NCBI GenBank assembly: GCA_964586925.1
Contig: CAZPJI010000001.1
Location: 63,280-127,279 of the forward strand
DNA: 64,000 nucleotides
DNA from: an uncultured Gammaproteobacteria bacterium
GTDB lineage: Bacteria; Pseudomonadota; Gammaproteobacteria; JAKDMP01
Direction of reading: 5' to 3'
Under the pieces are notes generated by a model. The model was not told where the DNA came from, did no database searches, and worked only from the letters and a program-made list of their open reading frames with translations. How positions within the stretch are numbered: position 1 is the stretch's first letter; every line of letters begins with the position of its first letter. The position numbers and the translations under genes were made by a program. Below, one piece after another: positions 18,230-28,894 of this stretch.

Positions 18230-19821
18230 GCGAAGCGGCGGTCGCCGGAGCCATGCCCGCGCGCCAGGGCGTCAGCCCATGGGTGATCGCGCCCGTGGTG
18301 GCGCTCGCTGCGTTCATGGAAGTACTGGATATCTCCATCGCCAACGTGGCGCTCGATCACATTGCGGGCGCCATGTCGGTGTCGATCGACACTTCGACCT
18401 GGATTCTCACCAGCTATACAGTAACCAATGCGATCGTGGTGCCCATCAGCGGTTGGTTGTCGGAAGTAGTAGGTCGCAAGCGTTTTTTCCAGATCTCCAT
18501 CGCGGGCTTTGCGATTGCCTCGCTACTCTGCGGCATTGCGCCAACGATCGGGATGCTGGTGCTGTTCAGGGCCATCCAGGGCATAGCCGGCGGCGGCCTG
18601 CAACCGGTTTCGCAAGCGATTCTGGCCGATGCCTTCCCGCCCGCCAAGCGTGGTACCGCCTTCGCCCTCTATGGACTGGCGGTTGTGTTTGCCCCCGCCA
18701 TTGGACCGACCATCGGTGGCTGGATCACCGACAGCATCAGTTGGCGTTGGGTGTTTTTGATCAATGTCCCGGTCGGCGTAATCGTCTTCGTGCTCGTACA
18801 GGCCCTGGTGACCGATCCGGCACACCAGATCAAGGCTCGCCTTGCACGGTTGAAACGCGGCATCCGGCTCGACTGGATCGGCTTTTCGTTGTTGACCTTG
18901 GGCCTGGGCGGCATGCAGATCGTGCTCGACCGCGGGCAGCAGGACGACTGGTTCGGCTCCAGTTTCATCGTGATCCTCACGGTCGTTTTCGTGGCCTCCC
19001 TGATTGCGTTCGTGGTCTGGGAACTGGGGGATCATGATCCCATCGTCGATCTAAGGTTGCTGCGCGAGCGCAACTTCGGGATTGCCAACCTGCAAATGTT
19101 TGCCGTGGGCATCGTGCTCCTGGCGAGCACTGCACTGTTGCCGATCTTCGTGCAGAGTCGCTTGGGCTATACGGCATTCGACGCTGGTCTCGTGTTGACG
19201 CCGGGTGGCATTGCCCTGGTGCTCATCATGCCCATCATGGGGCGCCTGGTAACCAAGGTGGATTCGAAATGGTTGATCGCGATCGGGTTCCTCGTGAGCG
19301 GCACGGCTATGTTGTGGATGGGAGGGTTCAATACCCAAACTGACTACTGGACGATCGTCTGGGCACGCGCCTTCCAGGCAGCAGGGCTCGCCTTCCTGTT
19401 CATACCCATCAATACAGCGGCCTATATCAATCTGCCCCTGGAGAAATCCAGCAATGCCTCCGCGCTGATCAACATGTCGCGCAACATAGGCGGCAGCATT
19501 GGCATTTCACTGACGACGGCTTTCCTGTCTCGGCGCACGCAAGTGCACCAGAGCCGTATGGTCGAAAATGCGAGTAATTTCAACGATACCTACAAGCATG
19601 CACTGGAGAAACTGGGGCATGCCTTTGCCCAACTGCCGGGCGAGGCGGCCGATGCCATGCAGCACGGCGCCGCCGTGATCTACAACGCGATTCTGAGTCA
19701 GGCGAACATGCTCGCTTTTATCGACGATTTCCATGCCCTGGCATGGATGTCGTTTCTGCTTGTGCCGCTGGCGTTCTTCTTGAGCCGCACGGTCGGAGAG
19801 GGTGTTCACGAAGGGCACTGA
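18226..19821 (+). CDS. emrB: MFS drug-resistance transporter, DHA2 (EmrB/QacA) family, 14 TM
   Basis: The 531-aa protein has EmrB-like N-terminal motifs (ALDISIANVAL, GWLSEVVGRKRFF, FRAIQGIAGGGL). Confidence 0.88.
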   Translation: MSEAAVAGAMPARQGVSPWVIAPVVALAAFMEVLDISIANVALDHIAGAMSVSIDTSTWILTSYTVTNAIVVPISGWLSEVVGRKRFFQISIAGFAIASLLCGIAPTIGMLVLFRAIQGIAGGGLQPVSQAILADAFPPAKRGTAFALYGLAVVFAPAIGPTIGGWITDSISWRWVFLINVPVGVIVFVLVQALVTDPAHQIKARLARLKRGIRLDWIGFSLLTLGLGGMQIVLDRGQQDDWFGSSFIVILTVVFVASLIAFVVWELGDHDPIVDLRLLRERNFGIANLQMFAVGIVLLASTALLPIFVQSRLGYTAFDAGLVLTPGGIALVLIMPIMGRLVTKVDSKWLIAIGFLVSGTAMLWMGGFNTQTDYWTIVWARAFQAAGLAFLFIPINTAAYINLPLEKSSNASALINMSRNIGGSIGISLTTAFLSRRTQVHQSRMVENASNFNDTYKHALEKLGHAFAQLPGEAADAMQHGAAVIYNAILSQANMLAFIDDFHALAWMSFLLVPLAFFLSRTVGEGVHEGH

Positions 19822-19876
19822 AGCATATCCATGCCTTATATGTCAGCATGGGGAAAGACTCGCTCGGGAGAGACGG

Positions 19877-20746
19877 ATGCAAACGATAGGATTCGTTGGT
19901 TTCGGTTCGATGGGCCATCCCATGGCTCAACGCCTGCTGGAGGCCGGTTACCCGGTCTACGGTTACAACCGCACCAAAGAGAAGGTGAGTGATCTGCAGA
20001 AGCAGGGCTTGAAGTGGTGTGACAGCCCGCGGCGCGTAGCCGAAGCGGCCGATGTCGTCATCAGTATGGTGAGCGACGACAATGCGCTGGAAGCTGTGGC
20101 CACCGGTGATGACGGCATCCTGAAAGGGTTGGCTGAAGGCAACATTTATGTCGACATGAGCACGGTAAGTCCCGATACCAGCCGCCGGTTCGCGAAGCAG
20201 GTTGCGGCGCGAGGCGCGAAGATGCTCGATGCTCCCGTGTCAGGCAGCGTACCTCAGGCCGAGAAAGGTATTTTGACCATAGTGGTTGGCGGCGATCGAG
20301 GCGCGTTCGATGAGGTAACGCCGATTCTTGAAACCTGGGGCACACCGCATTACATTGGATCGAATGGGCAGGGAGAGTTATTGAAGCTTGCGATCAATAT
20401 CAGCCTTGCGGCCCAGATGCTTGCCTTCAGCGAAGGGGTCTTGCTGGCCGAGCGGGGTGGCATAGACCACGAGACAGCCGTGGACGTCATGGCGGGCAGC
20501 GCCATCGGTTCGCCGCTGCTCAAAGCCCGAGGACAGCTACTGCAGGAACTGCCCGAGCAGAACTGGTTTACGCTCGATTTGCTGCACAAGGACATTCGAC
20601 TGGCGCTGGATAGCGGCAGAAAGCTGGGCACGCCACTGCCTTCGGCACATGCCTCGGATGAAACCCTGGCTAAGGCCCATGAGGCAGGCCATGGTCAGTT
20701 TGATATTGCCGCCGCTTTCAAGGCACTGTCCGAGATGCCTGGCTGA
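19877..20746 (+). CDS. NAD(P)-dependent 3-hydroxyisobutyrate / 2-hydroxy-3-oxopropionate reductase family oxidoreductase
   Basis: It has a Rossmann motif (IGFVGFGSMGHPMAQRL) and the 6PGDH-like C-terminal domain. The start is taken at MQTIGF (19877) rather than the extended ORF start at 19802. Confidence 0.8.
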   Translation: MQTIGFVGFGSMGHPMAQRLLEAGYPVYGYNRTKEKVSDLQKQGLKWCDSPRRVAEAADVVISMVSDDNALEAVATGDDGILKGLAEGNIYVDMSTVSPDTSRRFAKQVAARGAKMLDAPVSGSVPQAEKGILTIVVGGDRGAFDEVTPILETWGTPHYIGSNGQGELLKLAINISLAAQMLAFSEGVLLAERGGIDHETAVDVMAGSAIGSPLLKARGQLLQELPEQNWFTLDLLHKDIRLALDSGRKLGTPLPSAHASDETLAKAHEAGHGQFDIAAAFKALSEMPG

Positions 20747-23700
20747 ACCGGGAGCGCTCCGCGAATATCGTCGCGAGCTTGTGCAAACGCGGATCCGTAG
20801 CCAGATCATCCAGGCTCACTGGTAAACGGCGTCTCCAGTTTGGTGTCTCGTCGCCCAATCCGGGCAGGTTGGCCTGGTGTTGCAGGCCGAGCACGTCCTC
20901 GATCTGAACGATAATCAGGCGGCTGGCCGTGGCGGCCAGGAAGCGGTGGGCGGAATCGGCAAACAGATGTAAAGCGTTCTCGCCGCCGTACGAGACCAGC
21001 AGTGACTCCAATGCCCGCAAGGCTAGCTGGCGTTCTGCGCGCATGGCATGTGCTTGCGCGGTGGAGGCATACAGGCCGTATGCTTCGCGGTCGTCGATGT
21101 CGGTGCCCGCCAGGAAACCGTTGAGTGTCGGCAGGTCATGCGTGCTCGCCGTCGCCGCCGCAAGTTCCGTGTACGCTTCTGGCGGAATAAAGCGGCCTGA
21201 TCGGTCGCGTTCGAAATAGAGCACCCGATAACCGAGCATGCCCGCAGCAGTGATGTGCTCGCGCAAGCCGGCCGGCGGATTGCCCAGGTCTTCACCGATG
21301 ACCATGCAATTAAATTGTTTGCTCGCTTCTGCTACGCAATCCAGCAGTGCATGGAACGGATAACTTACGTAGGCGCCTTGGCCAGGCGTATCACCGCGTG
21401 GTATCCAGAATTGCCGCATTAAACCCATGACATGATCCATGCGCACGGCGCCGGCGTCTCGCATCACGACTTTGAGCAGGGCGGCGAAAGGTGCGTACTT
21501 CCTGTCGACCAGGCTGTGTGGACGCCAGGGCGGTGCTCCCCAGGCTTGCCCGCGCGGCGCGAAAGCATCCGGCGGTGCACCCAACTCGGCGTCCAGCGCC
21601 ATCAGTCCGGGCCATTGCCAGGCTTCTGCGCTGTCCAGGTCGGTGCCGAGCGCCAGGTCGGTCATCAAGCCGATCTCCATGCCGGCATTCCGCGCTCGCT
21701 GTGCCGCCGTCTGCCACTGGTTGCGAGCCAGCCATTGGAGATAAACGTAAAATTCGACCTGTTCGGAATGTTCCTGCTCGAACCTCTCGACGGCTCCGGT
21801 GTTAGGCTCACGAAATTCCGCCGGCCAGCACATCCAGGGCAAGGGTGCTGCCTGTCGTTCGGCAAACCAGGCACTCAAAGTCTCGAACACTGCGTAATCC
21901 CGCAAGGGACCGCCTTCCGTCTCACGAAAGTACAGAAATGCTTCGCCTAATGCGCTGGGCGTGGTGCCCAGATGACGCTTGCGGAATGCCCGGTGAAGGA
22001 CGTGCAGCGCCCGCAACTTGATGTTTGAAACCGCTGTGTAATCGATCGTTTCGGCTGCATTCAGCCGCTCAATCTTGTCACGGAGCGGGGTGGTTCCAAG
22101 TAATTTATCCAGAGCGCCACCATCCATTTTTGCTGCCTCGGGGACGGAGATCAGCAAGGGGTTCAACATCAAGCGCGAACAGGGAGCATAGGGTGAAGCC
22201 CGTTCCGGATGGCATAGTGAGGGCGCATGAACGGGGCTCAGCAGCACGCCGGCCGCACCGGTTGAAGCAGCGATGTCAATCCACTGCGCCAGATCGGCAT
22301 AGTCCCCAATTCCCCAACTGTTGGCCGAGCGCAGGCTGTAGACCTGTGCCGACAGCGCCCAGAGCCCTGGCGGTTTGCGGATCGCCTCCGGCAGCCAGCA
22401 CCGCGGTTGACGCTGTACGGTGGGCTCGGACTCCGTGATTGCTTTACCGCCGACGGATTTGATCAGTGCCTCCAGTGCAGAAGCCGGCACTTGCCGGCGC
22501 ACGCCGGAAATATCGCGGTATTCGGTAGCGATGCCCGCGGCATTTGCCCGTGTGTGCAGGCTTTCCGGTACGCCCAGGCCGGGTGTTCTGCTCGGGACCA
22601 GCGCAAGCAGGCTTCCGGGCAGAACGGTTACGGTGCTCTGTACTGCATGGAGCGCATCGGCCAGGTCGTCAGACAGTGCGCTGCTGTCCAGAACGCACAG
22701 CCAGTCGCCGTCAACAACAGGGGGCAGCGTGAAGTCGAGCGCCGTATGCCCCGCGTTCACCGCCAGATACAGTTGCCCATGGAGCGGACCCCGGATATCG
22801 TTCATGAAGATGCCGAGGGCTGAGCGGTCCGGCTCTTCCCATTGCGAGGGTTTCAGTTCGCAGGCATCCGGGTTCAGCCAGGCAATGTCTTTCAAATCGT
22901 GTTCAGTGTCGATGGTGTTGCCGTCGAAGAAGCGGTTGTCGCACAGCAGAGGCAACTGCTTGCGCAGAGTCACGGTGCGGTGCACGAACGCCACCAGGTC
23001 GCGCCATGCGTCGCCTTGTGCCGACCAGTCCAGCCAGGAGATTGCATTGTCCTGGCAGTAGGCATTGTTGTTGCCATGCTGGGTCTGGGATAACTCGTCG
23101 CCGGCCAGCAACATGGGGGTGCCGCGCGAAAGGAGCAAAGTCGCTATCAGGGATCTACGCAGGCGCCGCCGGCGTTCAAGAATGTCCGGATTCTCCGTTG
23201 GACCCTCGGCTCCGGCATTGCTGCTCCAATTGGCATCGTTGCCGTCCCGGTTGTTTTCACCGTTGGCCTCGTTGTGCTTGTTCGCATAGGCCGTCAGGTC
23301 GGCGAGAGTGAATCCGTCGTGGGCGGTTACGAAATTGACACTTTCCGACGGACGTTTTCCGTTGTGTTGATAGAGGTCGCCGGAGCCGGCGAATCGTGTG
23401 GCCAGTTCGCCAAGTGTGCCGCTGTCTCCGCGCCAGAAGCGCCGGACAGTATCGCGGTATCGGTCGTTCCATTCGACGAAAGGTTCGGGAAAGGCGCCGA
23501 GGAAATGACCGGGCATTCCCAGGTCCCAGGGTTCCGCGATCAGTTTTAGGCGATTCAGTTCGGGATCGGAGCGGATAGCTTCCAGGAGTGGGGCTTGCGG
23601 GTCGAAGTTGCCATCGCGGTCACGGGCAAGGGCGGCCGCGAGATCGAAGCGGAATCCGTCCACGCCCACTTCGACGGCCCAATAGCGCAATGCGCCGTGG

Positions 23701-24686
23701 ACGAGTTCGACTACGGGGGGTTGGGTGAGGTCGAGCGTGTTGCCGCAACCCGTGAAGTCTTCATAACGATCGGGGCGATCGGCGTGGAGGCGGTAATAGA
23801 CGACATTGTCCAGGCCCCGGTAGGCCAGAGTAGGGCCGAATTCATCGTTTTCTGCGGTGTGATTGAAAACCACGTCGAGAACCACCTCCAGACCGTTCTC
23901 ATGCAAGCGATCTATGGCATGCATGAATTCCCCGATATCGTCGCCGGCCAGGTAGGAGGGTTGCATGACAAACGGTGCCAAGGGGTTATAGCCCCAGTAA
24001 TTGCGCAATCCACGCTGAACCAGATGCCATTCGTCGACGAAGGCCGTTATCGGTAATAGTTCAATCGTTGTTACACCGAGCCTGTGCAGGTGATCGATAA
24101 CGGCCGGGTGTCCCAGGGCGGCCGCTGTGCCGCGCAGGTGTTCAGGAATGTCCTGGTGCTGCATCGTGAAGCCGCGCAGATGCATTTCGTAGATGATCGT
24201 GTCCGGCCAGTGGATATCCGGCCGCGGCGGACGATTGCCCATCTTCGGCGCAGCGATAACGCATGCTTTGGGGACATATGGCGCACTGTCGCGGTCATCC
24301 GGCCGAGCCTGGCCGTCTTTTCCGTTGCCATGATAACCGCAGACGGCATCGTTCCAGGTCAGCTTTCCCTGTATCGCCCGCGCCCAGGGATCCAGGAGCA
24401 ATTTATGTGGATTGAAGCGGTGGCCTTCCGCAGGCTCATAGGGGCCGTGGACCCGGTAGCCATAGATCAGGCCGGGGGCGGCAGCTTCCAGGTAGCCACA
24501 CCAGACATCTTCGTGGCGTGTCGGTAGTGCGAAACGTCTAAGTTCGCGTTGACCGGATTCATCGAAAAGACATAGTTCGACTTTTTCGGCATGCCTGGAG
24601 AAAACCGCGAAATTGACGCCGCGGCCGTCCCAGTGTGCACCCAGGGGCGCGGGTGATCCCTGGGTGAGAGCAGGCGCTGCGGACAT
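20718..24686 (-). CDS. Bifunctional glycogen debranching enzyme (GlgX/isoamylase, GH13) fused to 4-alpha-glucanotransferase (MalQ, GH77)
   Basis: This is a single uninterrupted 1322-aa ORF. The N-terminal about 700 aa is GlgX-like (MSAAPALTQGSPAPLGAHWDGRGVNFAVFS..., catalytic region YRGLDN, FRFDLAAALAR, EPWDLG). The C-terminal about 620 aa is amylomaltase-like (GIGDYADLAQWIDIAASTGAAGVLLSPV..., RMDHVMGL). Confidence 0.85.
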   Translation of the reverse strand: MSAAPALTQGSPAPLGAHWDGRGVNFAVFSRHAEKVELCLFDESGQRELRRFALPTRHEDVWCGYLEAAAPGLIYGYRVHGPYEPAEGHRFNPHKLLLDPWARAIQGKLTWNDAVCGYHGNGKDGQARPDDRDSAPYVPKACVIAAPKMGNRPPRPDIHWPDTIIYEMHLRGFTMQHQDIPEHLRGTAAALGHPAVIDHLHRLGVTTIELLPITAFVDEWHLVQRGLRNYWGYNPLAPFVMQPSYLAGDDIGEFMHAIDRLHENGLEVVLDVVFNHTAENDEFGPTLAYRGLDNVVYYRLHADRPDRYEDFTGCGNTLDLTQPPVVELVHGALRYWAVEVGVDGFRFDLAAALARDRDGNFDPQAPLLEAIRSDPELNRLKLIAEPWDLGMPGHFLGAFPEPFVEWNDRYRDTVRRFWRGDSGTLGELATRFAGSGDLYQHNGKRPSESVNFVTAHDGFTLADLTAYANKHNEANGENNRDGNDANWSSNAGAEGPTENPDILERRRRLRRSLIATLLLSRGTPMLLAGDELSQTQHGNNNAYCQDNAISWLDWSAQGDAWRDLVAFVHRTVTLRKQLPLLCDNRFFDGNTIDTEHDLKDIAWLNPDACELKPSQWEEPDRSALGIFMNDIRGPLHGQLYLAVNAGHTALDFTLPPVVDGDWLCVLDSSALSDDLADALHAVQSTVTVLPGSLLALVPSRTPGLGVPESLHTRANAAGIATEYRDISGVRRQVPASALEALIKSVGGKAITESEPTVQRQPRCWLPEAIRKPPGLWALSAQVYSLRSANSWGIGDYADLAQWIDIAASTGAAGVLLSPVHAPSLCHPERASPYAPCSRLMLNPLLISVPEAAKMDGGALDKLLGTTPLRDKIERLNAAETIDYTAVSNIKLRALHVLHRAFRKRHLGTTPSALGEAFLYFRETEGGPLRDYAVFETLSAWFAERQAAPLPWMCWPAEFREPNTGAVERFEQEHSEQVEFYVYLQWLARNQWQTAAQRARNAGMEIGLMTDLALGTDLDSAEAWQWPGLMALDAELGAPPDAFAPRGQAWGAPPWRPHSLVDRKYAPFAALLKVVMRDAGAVRMDHVMGLMRQFWIPRGDTPGQGAYVSYPFHALLDCVAEASKQFNCMVIGEDLGNPPAGLREHITAAGMLGYRVLYFERDRSGRFIPPEAYTELAAATASTHDLPTLNGFLAGTDIDDREAYGLYASTAQAHAMRAERQLALRALESLLVSYGGENALHLFADSAHRFLAATASRLIIVQIEDVLGLQHQANLPGLGDETPNWRRRLPVSLDDLATDPRLHKLATIFAERSRFSQASRTVP

Positions 24687-24693
24687 GGGGCCG

Positions 24694-26973
24694 TCAGGAA
24701 TCGGGCGACAGAAAGATCAGCGTCGCCAATGGCGGCAAGTCGAGGACCAGCGATTGGGACTCGCCGTGCCAGGGAACCGGCACGGTGCCGGCATGCCCGC
24801 CGTTGCCGACGTCGGAACCGCCGTATATACGCGCGTCGCTGTTGAAAAGTTCGCGGTAAGTCCCGGCAACCGGCGCGCCGACGCGATAGCTGGAGCGGGG
24901 TACGGGCGTGAAATTGCTCATGATCAGTGCAAAGCGTTCCCCACTGCGGCCCATGCGGCACCAGGACAGAACGCTTTGCTCGCTGTCGTTGCAGTCGATC
25001 CAGCGAAAGCCATTGCCCTCGCAATCGTAGCGATGGAGGCAATCGAGTGTGCGATAGAGGTTATTGAGATCGCGGACCATGTCCCGGACTCCGCGGTGGG
25101 CGGGATCACCCAGTAGCCCCCAGTCCAGTTCGCGATCATGATCCCATTCGCGTTCCTGAGCTAATTCTCCGCCCATGAACAACAACTTCTTCCCCGGTTG
25201 CGTGTATTGAAACGACAGATACAGGCGCAGGTTGGCAAATGCCTGCCAGCGATCGCCGGGCATTTTGCCCAGCAGCGATCCTTTGCCGTGCACGCTCTCG
25301 TCATGCGAAAGCGGCAGGATGAAATTTTCGCTGTAAGCGTAAAGTTGGCCGAAAGTCAGTTTGTCGTGATGGAAGCGGCGATGGACTGGATCGTGACGCA
25401 TGTAGTCCAGCGTGTCGTTCATCCAGCCCATGTTCCACTTGTAATCGAAACCCAGACCGCCCACGTAAGTCGGACGGGTCACCATCGGCCAGGCGGTTGA
25501 CTCTTCCGCAATCGTCAGTGTGCCCGCGGGCGCTTCGCGGTGCACGATTTCGTTGAGTTTTTTCAGGAAGGCCACGGCTTCCAGGTTCTCGCGCCCGCCA
25601 TAGGCATTGGGCAACCATTCGCCGGGCTTGCGGTTGTAGTCGAGGTAAAGCATCGAGGCGACGGCGTCAACGCGCAGACCGTCGATGTGGAATTCACGCA
25701 GCCAGTAAAGCGCGTTGGCAATGAGAAAATTGGCGACCTCGCGGCGGCCATAGTTGTAGACCGAGGTGTCCCATTCCGCGTGATGTCCAAGGCGCGGGTC
25801 TTCATGCTCGTACAGGTGGGTGCCGTCGAACGTGGTCAAGCCGTGTTCATCGGTGGGGAAATGGGCCGGAACCCAATCGAGCAGGACACCGAGCCCTGCC
25901 TGATGGCATCGGTCGACAAAGCGCCGGAACGCGTCCGGCGTTCCCCATCTTGCGGAAGGCGCGAAAAGAGCGGTGGGCTGGTAGCCCCAGGAGCCGGAAA
26001 AGGGGTGCTCGTTGATCGGGAGCAGCTCGATGTGCGTGAAGCCCAGGTCACAGGCATAGGGAATCAGGGCATCGGCCATTTCCTCGTAGGTGTAATAACG
26101 TCCGTCGGGATGGCGCCGCCAAGACCCCAGGTGCAGTTCGTAGATCGAAAGCGGCGCATCCAATGCCTGTACCTGTGGTCGTCGCGCCATCCACTCCTGG
26201 TCGTTCCAATGGAAATCCGGATTCAAACAGACCCGGGAGGCCGTCGCCGGCGGTACTTCCGTCAAAAAGGCATAGGGGTCGGACTTGAGGGTGATGTCTC
26301 CGTTAGGCGCGCGCACCTCGAACTTGTACAAGGTGCCGTCAGCAATGGCGGGCAGGAATATTTCCCAGACCCCGCATTCGAGGCGCTTGCGCATCACGTT
26401 TACCCGGCCGTCCCAATGATTGAAGGGACCGACGACACTGACGCGCTGCGCGTTGGGTGCCCAGACGGCAAAAGCCACGCCCGTCACGCCATCCAGCGTA
26501 CGCGGATGGGCGCCCAGCACTTGATAAGCGTGCCAGTGAGCGCCTTCGGCCAGAAGGTGGCAGTCGAGTTCGCCCAGCAGGGGCGGGAAGGCATAGGGGT
26601 CTTCGGCCTCGTACACGCCGTGGTCGTCGGTGACTCGCAGACGATAAGGAAAGCGTTCCCTGATCTGGTTCAACTCCAGCGAAAAACAGCCGGCCGAATC
26701 CAGTTTGCTGAACGTGCCGAGAGCACGTCCGCTGCCTCGCTCCAGAAGTTCGACCCGATTGGCCCCGGGCAGGAAGCAACGTACGGCCAAGCAGTCCGTC
26801 TCCCGGATATAGTGCATGCCGAGCACGGCATAAGGGTCGTCATGCTCGCCGCGCAGCAAGCGCGCCCAATCGTTCCGCAGAGTCACCTCTGCCACGGATT
26901 GTGAAGATCCGCCCCAACGCGAGTGCAGGGCGCGCTCAGCCCGGGCGGTGCGGTAGGTAGGCTTCTGCGGCAT
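24694..26973 (-). CDS. glgB: 1,4-alpha-glucan branching enzyme
   Basis: The 759-aa protein has CBM48 plus GH13 catalytic motifs (DWVPAHF, GFRVDAVASMLY, GEL...QE) and the GlgB N-terminus. Confidence 0.92.
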   Translation of the reverse strand: MPQKPTYRTARAERALHSRWGGSSQSVAEVTLRNDWARLLRGEHDDPYAVLGMHYIRETDCLAVRCFLPGANRVELLERGSGRALGTFSKLDSAGCFSLELNQIRERFPYRLRVTDDHGVYEAEDPYAFPPLLGELDCHLLAEGAHWHAYQVLGAHPRTLDGVTGVAFAVWAPNAQRVSVVGPFNHWDGRVNVMRKRLECGVWEIFLPAIADGTLYKFEVRAPNGDITLKSDPYAFLTEVPPATASRVCLNPDFHWNDQEWMARRPQVQALDAPLSIYELHLGSWRRHPDGRYYTYEEMADALIPYACDLGFTHIELLPINEHPFSGSWGYQPTALFAPSARWGTPDAFRRFVDRCHQAGLGVLLDWVPAHFPTDEHGLTTFDGTHLYEHEDPRLGHHAEWDTSVYNYGRREVANFLIANALYWLREFHIDGLRVDAVASMLYLDYNRKPGEWLPNAYGGRENLEAVAFLKKLNEIVHREAPAGTLTIAEESTAWPMVTRPTYVGGLGFDYKWNMGWMNDTLDYMRHDPVHRRFHHDKLTFGQLYAYSENFILPLSHDESVHGKGSLLGKMPGDRWQAFANLRLYLSFQYTQPGKKLLFMGGELAQEREWDHDRELDWGLLGDPAHRGVRDMVRDLNNLYRTLDCLHRYDCEGNGFRWIDCNDSEQSVLSWCRMGRSGERFALIMSNFTPVPRSSYRVGAPVAGTYRELFNSDARIYGGSDVGNGGHAGTVPVPWHGESQSLVLDLPPLATLIFLSPDS

Positions 26974-28684
26974 ATCGGCGCATCATGCGATGTGAGTTGA
27001 ATATGGTTCCGATCTTGCTGATGGCCTGGCGCATCATCCAGATCCAGCGTTCGCGATCGTTGTAATACAAAGGCAGCACGACGCGTTCGAGCTTGTCGTA
27101 CAGGTGCTCGGCGTCGGCCGCCGCCAGCCTTTGGTCGCTATGCCCGATCCCCCATCCGGTGACATCCTCGATGCAACCTTCTATCCACCACCCATCGAGG
27201 ACGCTGAGGTTAAGGACACCATTGATGGCAGCCTTCATGCCGCTGGTCCCCGACGCCTCGAGCGGAGGCTCCGGCGTATTCAACCAGACATCCGATCCAC
27301 TGATGACGGTACGCGCGATGCTGATGTCGTAGTTGGACAGGAAAACAACGCGCAGGGTCGGTCCCAGTTCGTCGATCAGCTCATGGATGCGGTGAATCAT
27401 GTCCTTGGCCGGATGGTCGTGGGGGTGAGCCTTGCCGGCCATGACGATCTGGAAGGGGTGCTCGGCATGAATAGCCTTGAGTTTTTCGAGATCACTGAAC
27501 AGCAGCGTGGCGCGCTTATAGGCCGCGAACCGGCGGGCAAAACCCAGAATCGGCAGCTTCGGATCGAGTTCTATGCCCACACTACGGTGTATCAAATTAA
27601 TCAGGTCGGACTTCGCGTTCTGATGGGCGCTCCAGATCCCCGCACTGGGCAATTGATCGAATCGCGCCATGACCTCGGGCGAATAGCCCCACTCATGTGA
27701 ATGGCGGTTGAATACTTCGCTGAACGCGGGATGGATCCAGGTGGGCACATGGATGCCATTGGTAATCGCACGAATCTCGTATTCCGGAAACATCCGGGTC
27801 GTGGTTTCCGCGTGGCGCGTCGCGACGCCGTTGATGTAGCCGCTGAGATTGAGTGCAAGCCGCGTCATGTTGAGGCGATCCTCTCCGCCGAGCTGCCTGA
27901 CCTGGTCCAGCGCAATGTAGCCTTTCAACAGATGACCGAACAGCTCGTAGGAAAATCGATCGTGGCCGGCTTCGACCGGCGTGTGTGTCGTGAAGATACA
28001 TGCGGAGCGCACCCGCGAGACATCGTACTTGAGTTCACCGGGAGCGATGAGATCGGCCGGGCGCGGATGGCGGCGCAACAGGTCGAGGGCCAGCAATGCG
28101 GCATGGCCTTCGTTGAGGTGGAAGGTCGTGATCTGGAAGCCCAGCGCAGGCAGGAGGCGCAGGCCGCCGATGCCCAGCACGATCTCCTGCTTAAGCCGGT
28201 AGACTTCGTCGCCGCCATAGAGCACATCCGTGATCGAGCGATCTTCGGGACGGTTTTCGGGCAGGTCGGTATCCAACAGAAGCACCGGAACGGTGTTGCC
28301 CTTGGGGCTCACCAAGGGATAAAGCCAGGGGCGTACCCAGACCTCATGCCCTTCGATGATGACGGCGACTTTTGCGCGCAGAGGCGTGGCATAGTCCTCC
28401 GGCGACCAGGGATCGGGATGATCGACCTGCCGGCCCGATTCATCGATCTCCTGGCGCAGGTAACCCTGACGGCAGAGCAGGGTTACGAACACCATGGGCA
28501 GGCCCAGGTCGGCACTGGCCTGGACGGTGTCCCCGGCCAGCACGCCGAGGCCGCCGCTGTAGGTATGGATCTCGGGGCGTAGCGCGATTTCCATGGAAAA
28601 GTAAGCGATGCGGGTGCCTCTCAGGTAGGGACCTATCGTCGCCCCGGAACTCTGTCCATGGGGTGAATTGTACGAGCTTGTCAT
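26936..28684 (-). CDS. Alpha-glucan family phosphorylase (GT35), short form without N-terminal DUF3417
   Basis: It has the GT35 motifs SMEIALRPEIHTYSGGLGVLAGD and EASGTSGMKAAINGVLNLSVLDGWW. It is 582 aa. Confidence 0.85.
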   Translation of the reverse strand: MTSSYNSPHGQSSGATIGPYLRGTRIAYFSMEIALRPEIHTYSGGLGVLAGDTVQASADLGLPMVFVTLLCRQGYLRQEIDESGRQVDHPDPWSPEDYATPLRAKVAVIIEGHEVWVRPWLYPLVSPKGNTVPVLLLDTDLPENRPEDRSITDVLYGGDEVYRLKQEIVLGIGGLRLLPALGFQITTFHLNEGHAALLALDLLRRHPRPADLIAPGELKYDVSRVRSACIFTTHTPVEAGHDRFSYELFGHLLKGYIALDQVRQLGGEDRLNMTRLALNLSGYINGVATRHAETTTRMFPEYEIRAITNGIHVPTWIHPAFSEVFNRHSHEWGYSPEVMARFDQLPSAGIWSAHQNAKSDLINLIHRSVGIELDPKLPILGFARRFAAYKRATLLFSDLEKLKAIHAEHPFQIVMAGKAHPHDHPAKDMIHRIHELIDELGPTLRVVFLSNYDISIARTVISGSDVWLNTPEPPLEASGTSGMKAAINGVLNLSVLDGWWIEGCIEDVTGWGIGHSDQRLAAADAEHLYDKLERVVLPLYYNDRERWIWMMRQAISKIGTIFNSHRMMRRYAAEAYLPHRPG

Positions 28685-28894
28685 TGACGGGTAATCTCCC
28701 CAATGCTGTTACACGATCGCTTTCCGTTCCGTTTCAGGATACTCTCGGCATAGCGTGAGGATTCTTGACTTCGGTCAACTCCGGCACTTCGGCCAAGTCA
28801 TAACATCGGCTGTACACGCGAATCGGTTATGCGAGGCCTGGAGGACGGGATGACAGCCAATCCCGAAAAATGTCGGGAAGGCGTAAGCCCGCAA

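Noticed and set aside
20718-24686. Treating GlgX and MalQ as two genes
   Set aside because: No stop codon or plausible internal start and ribosome-binding site exists at the domain junction, and the ORF track shows one continuous 1322-aa frame. It is reported as a fusion with a caveat about sequencing artefacts.
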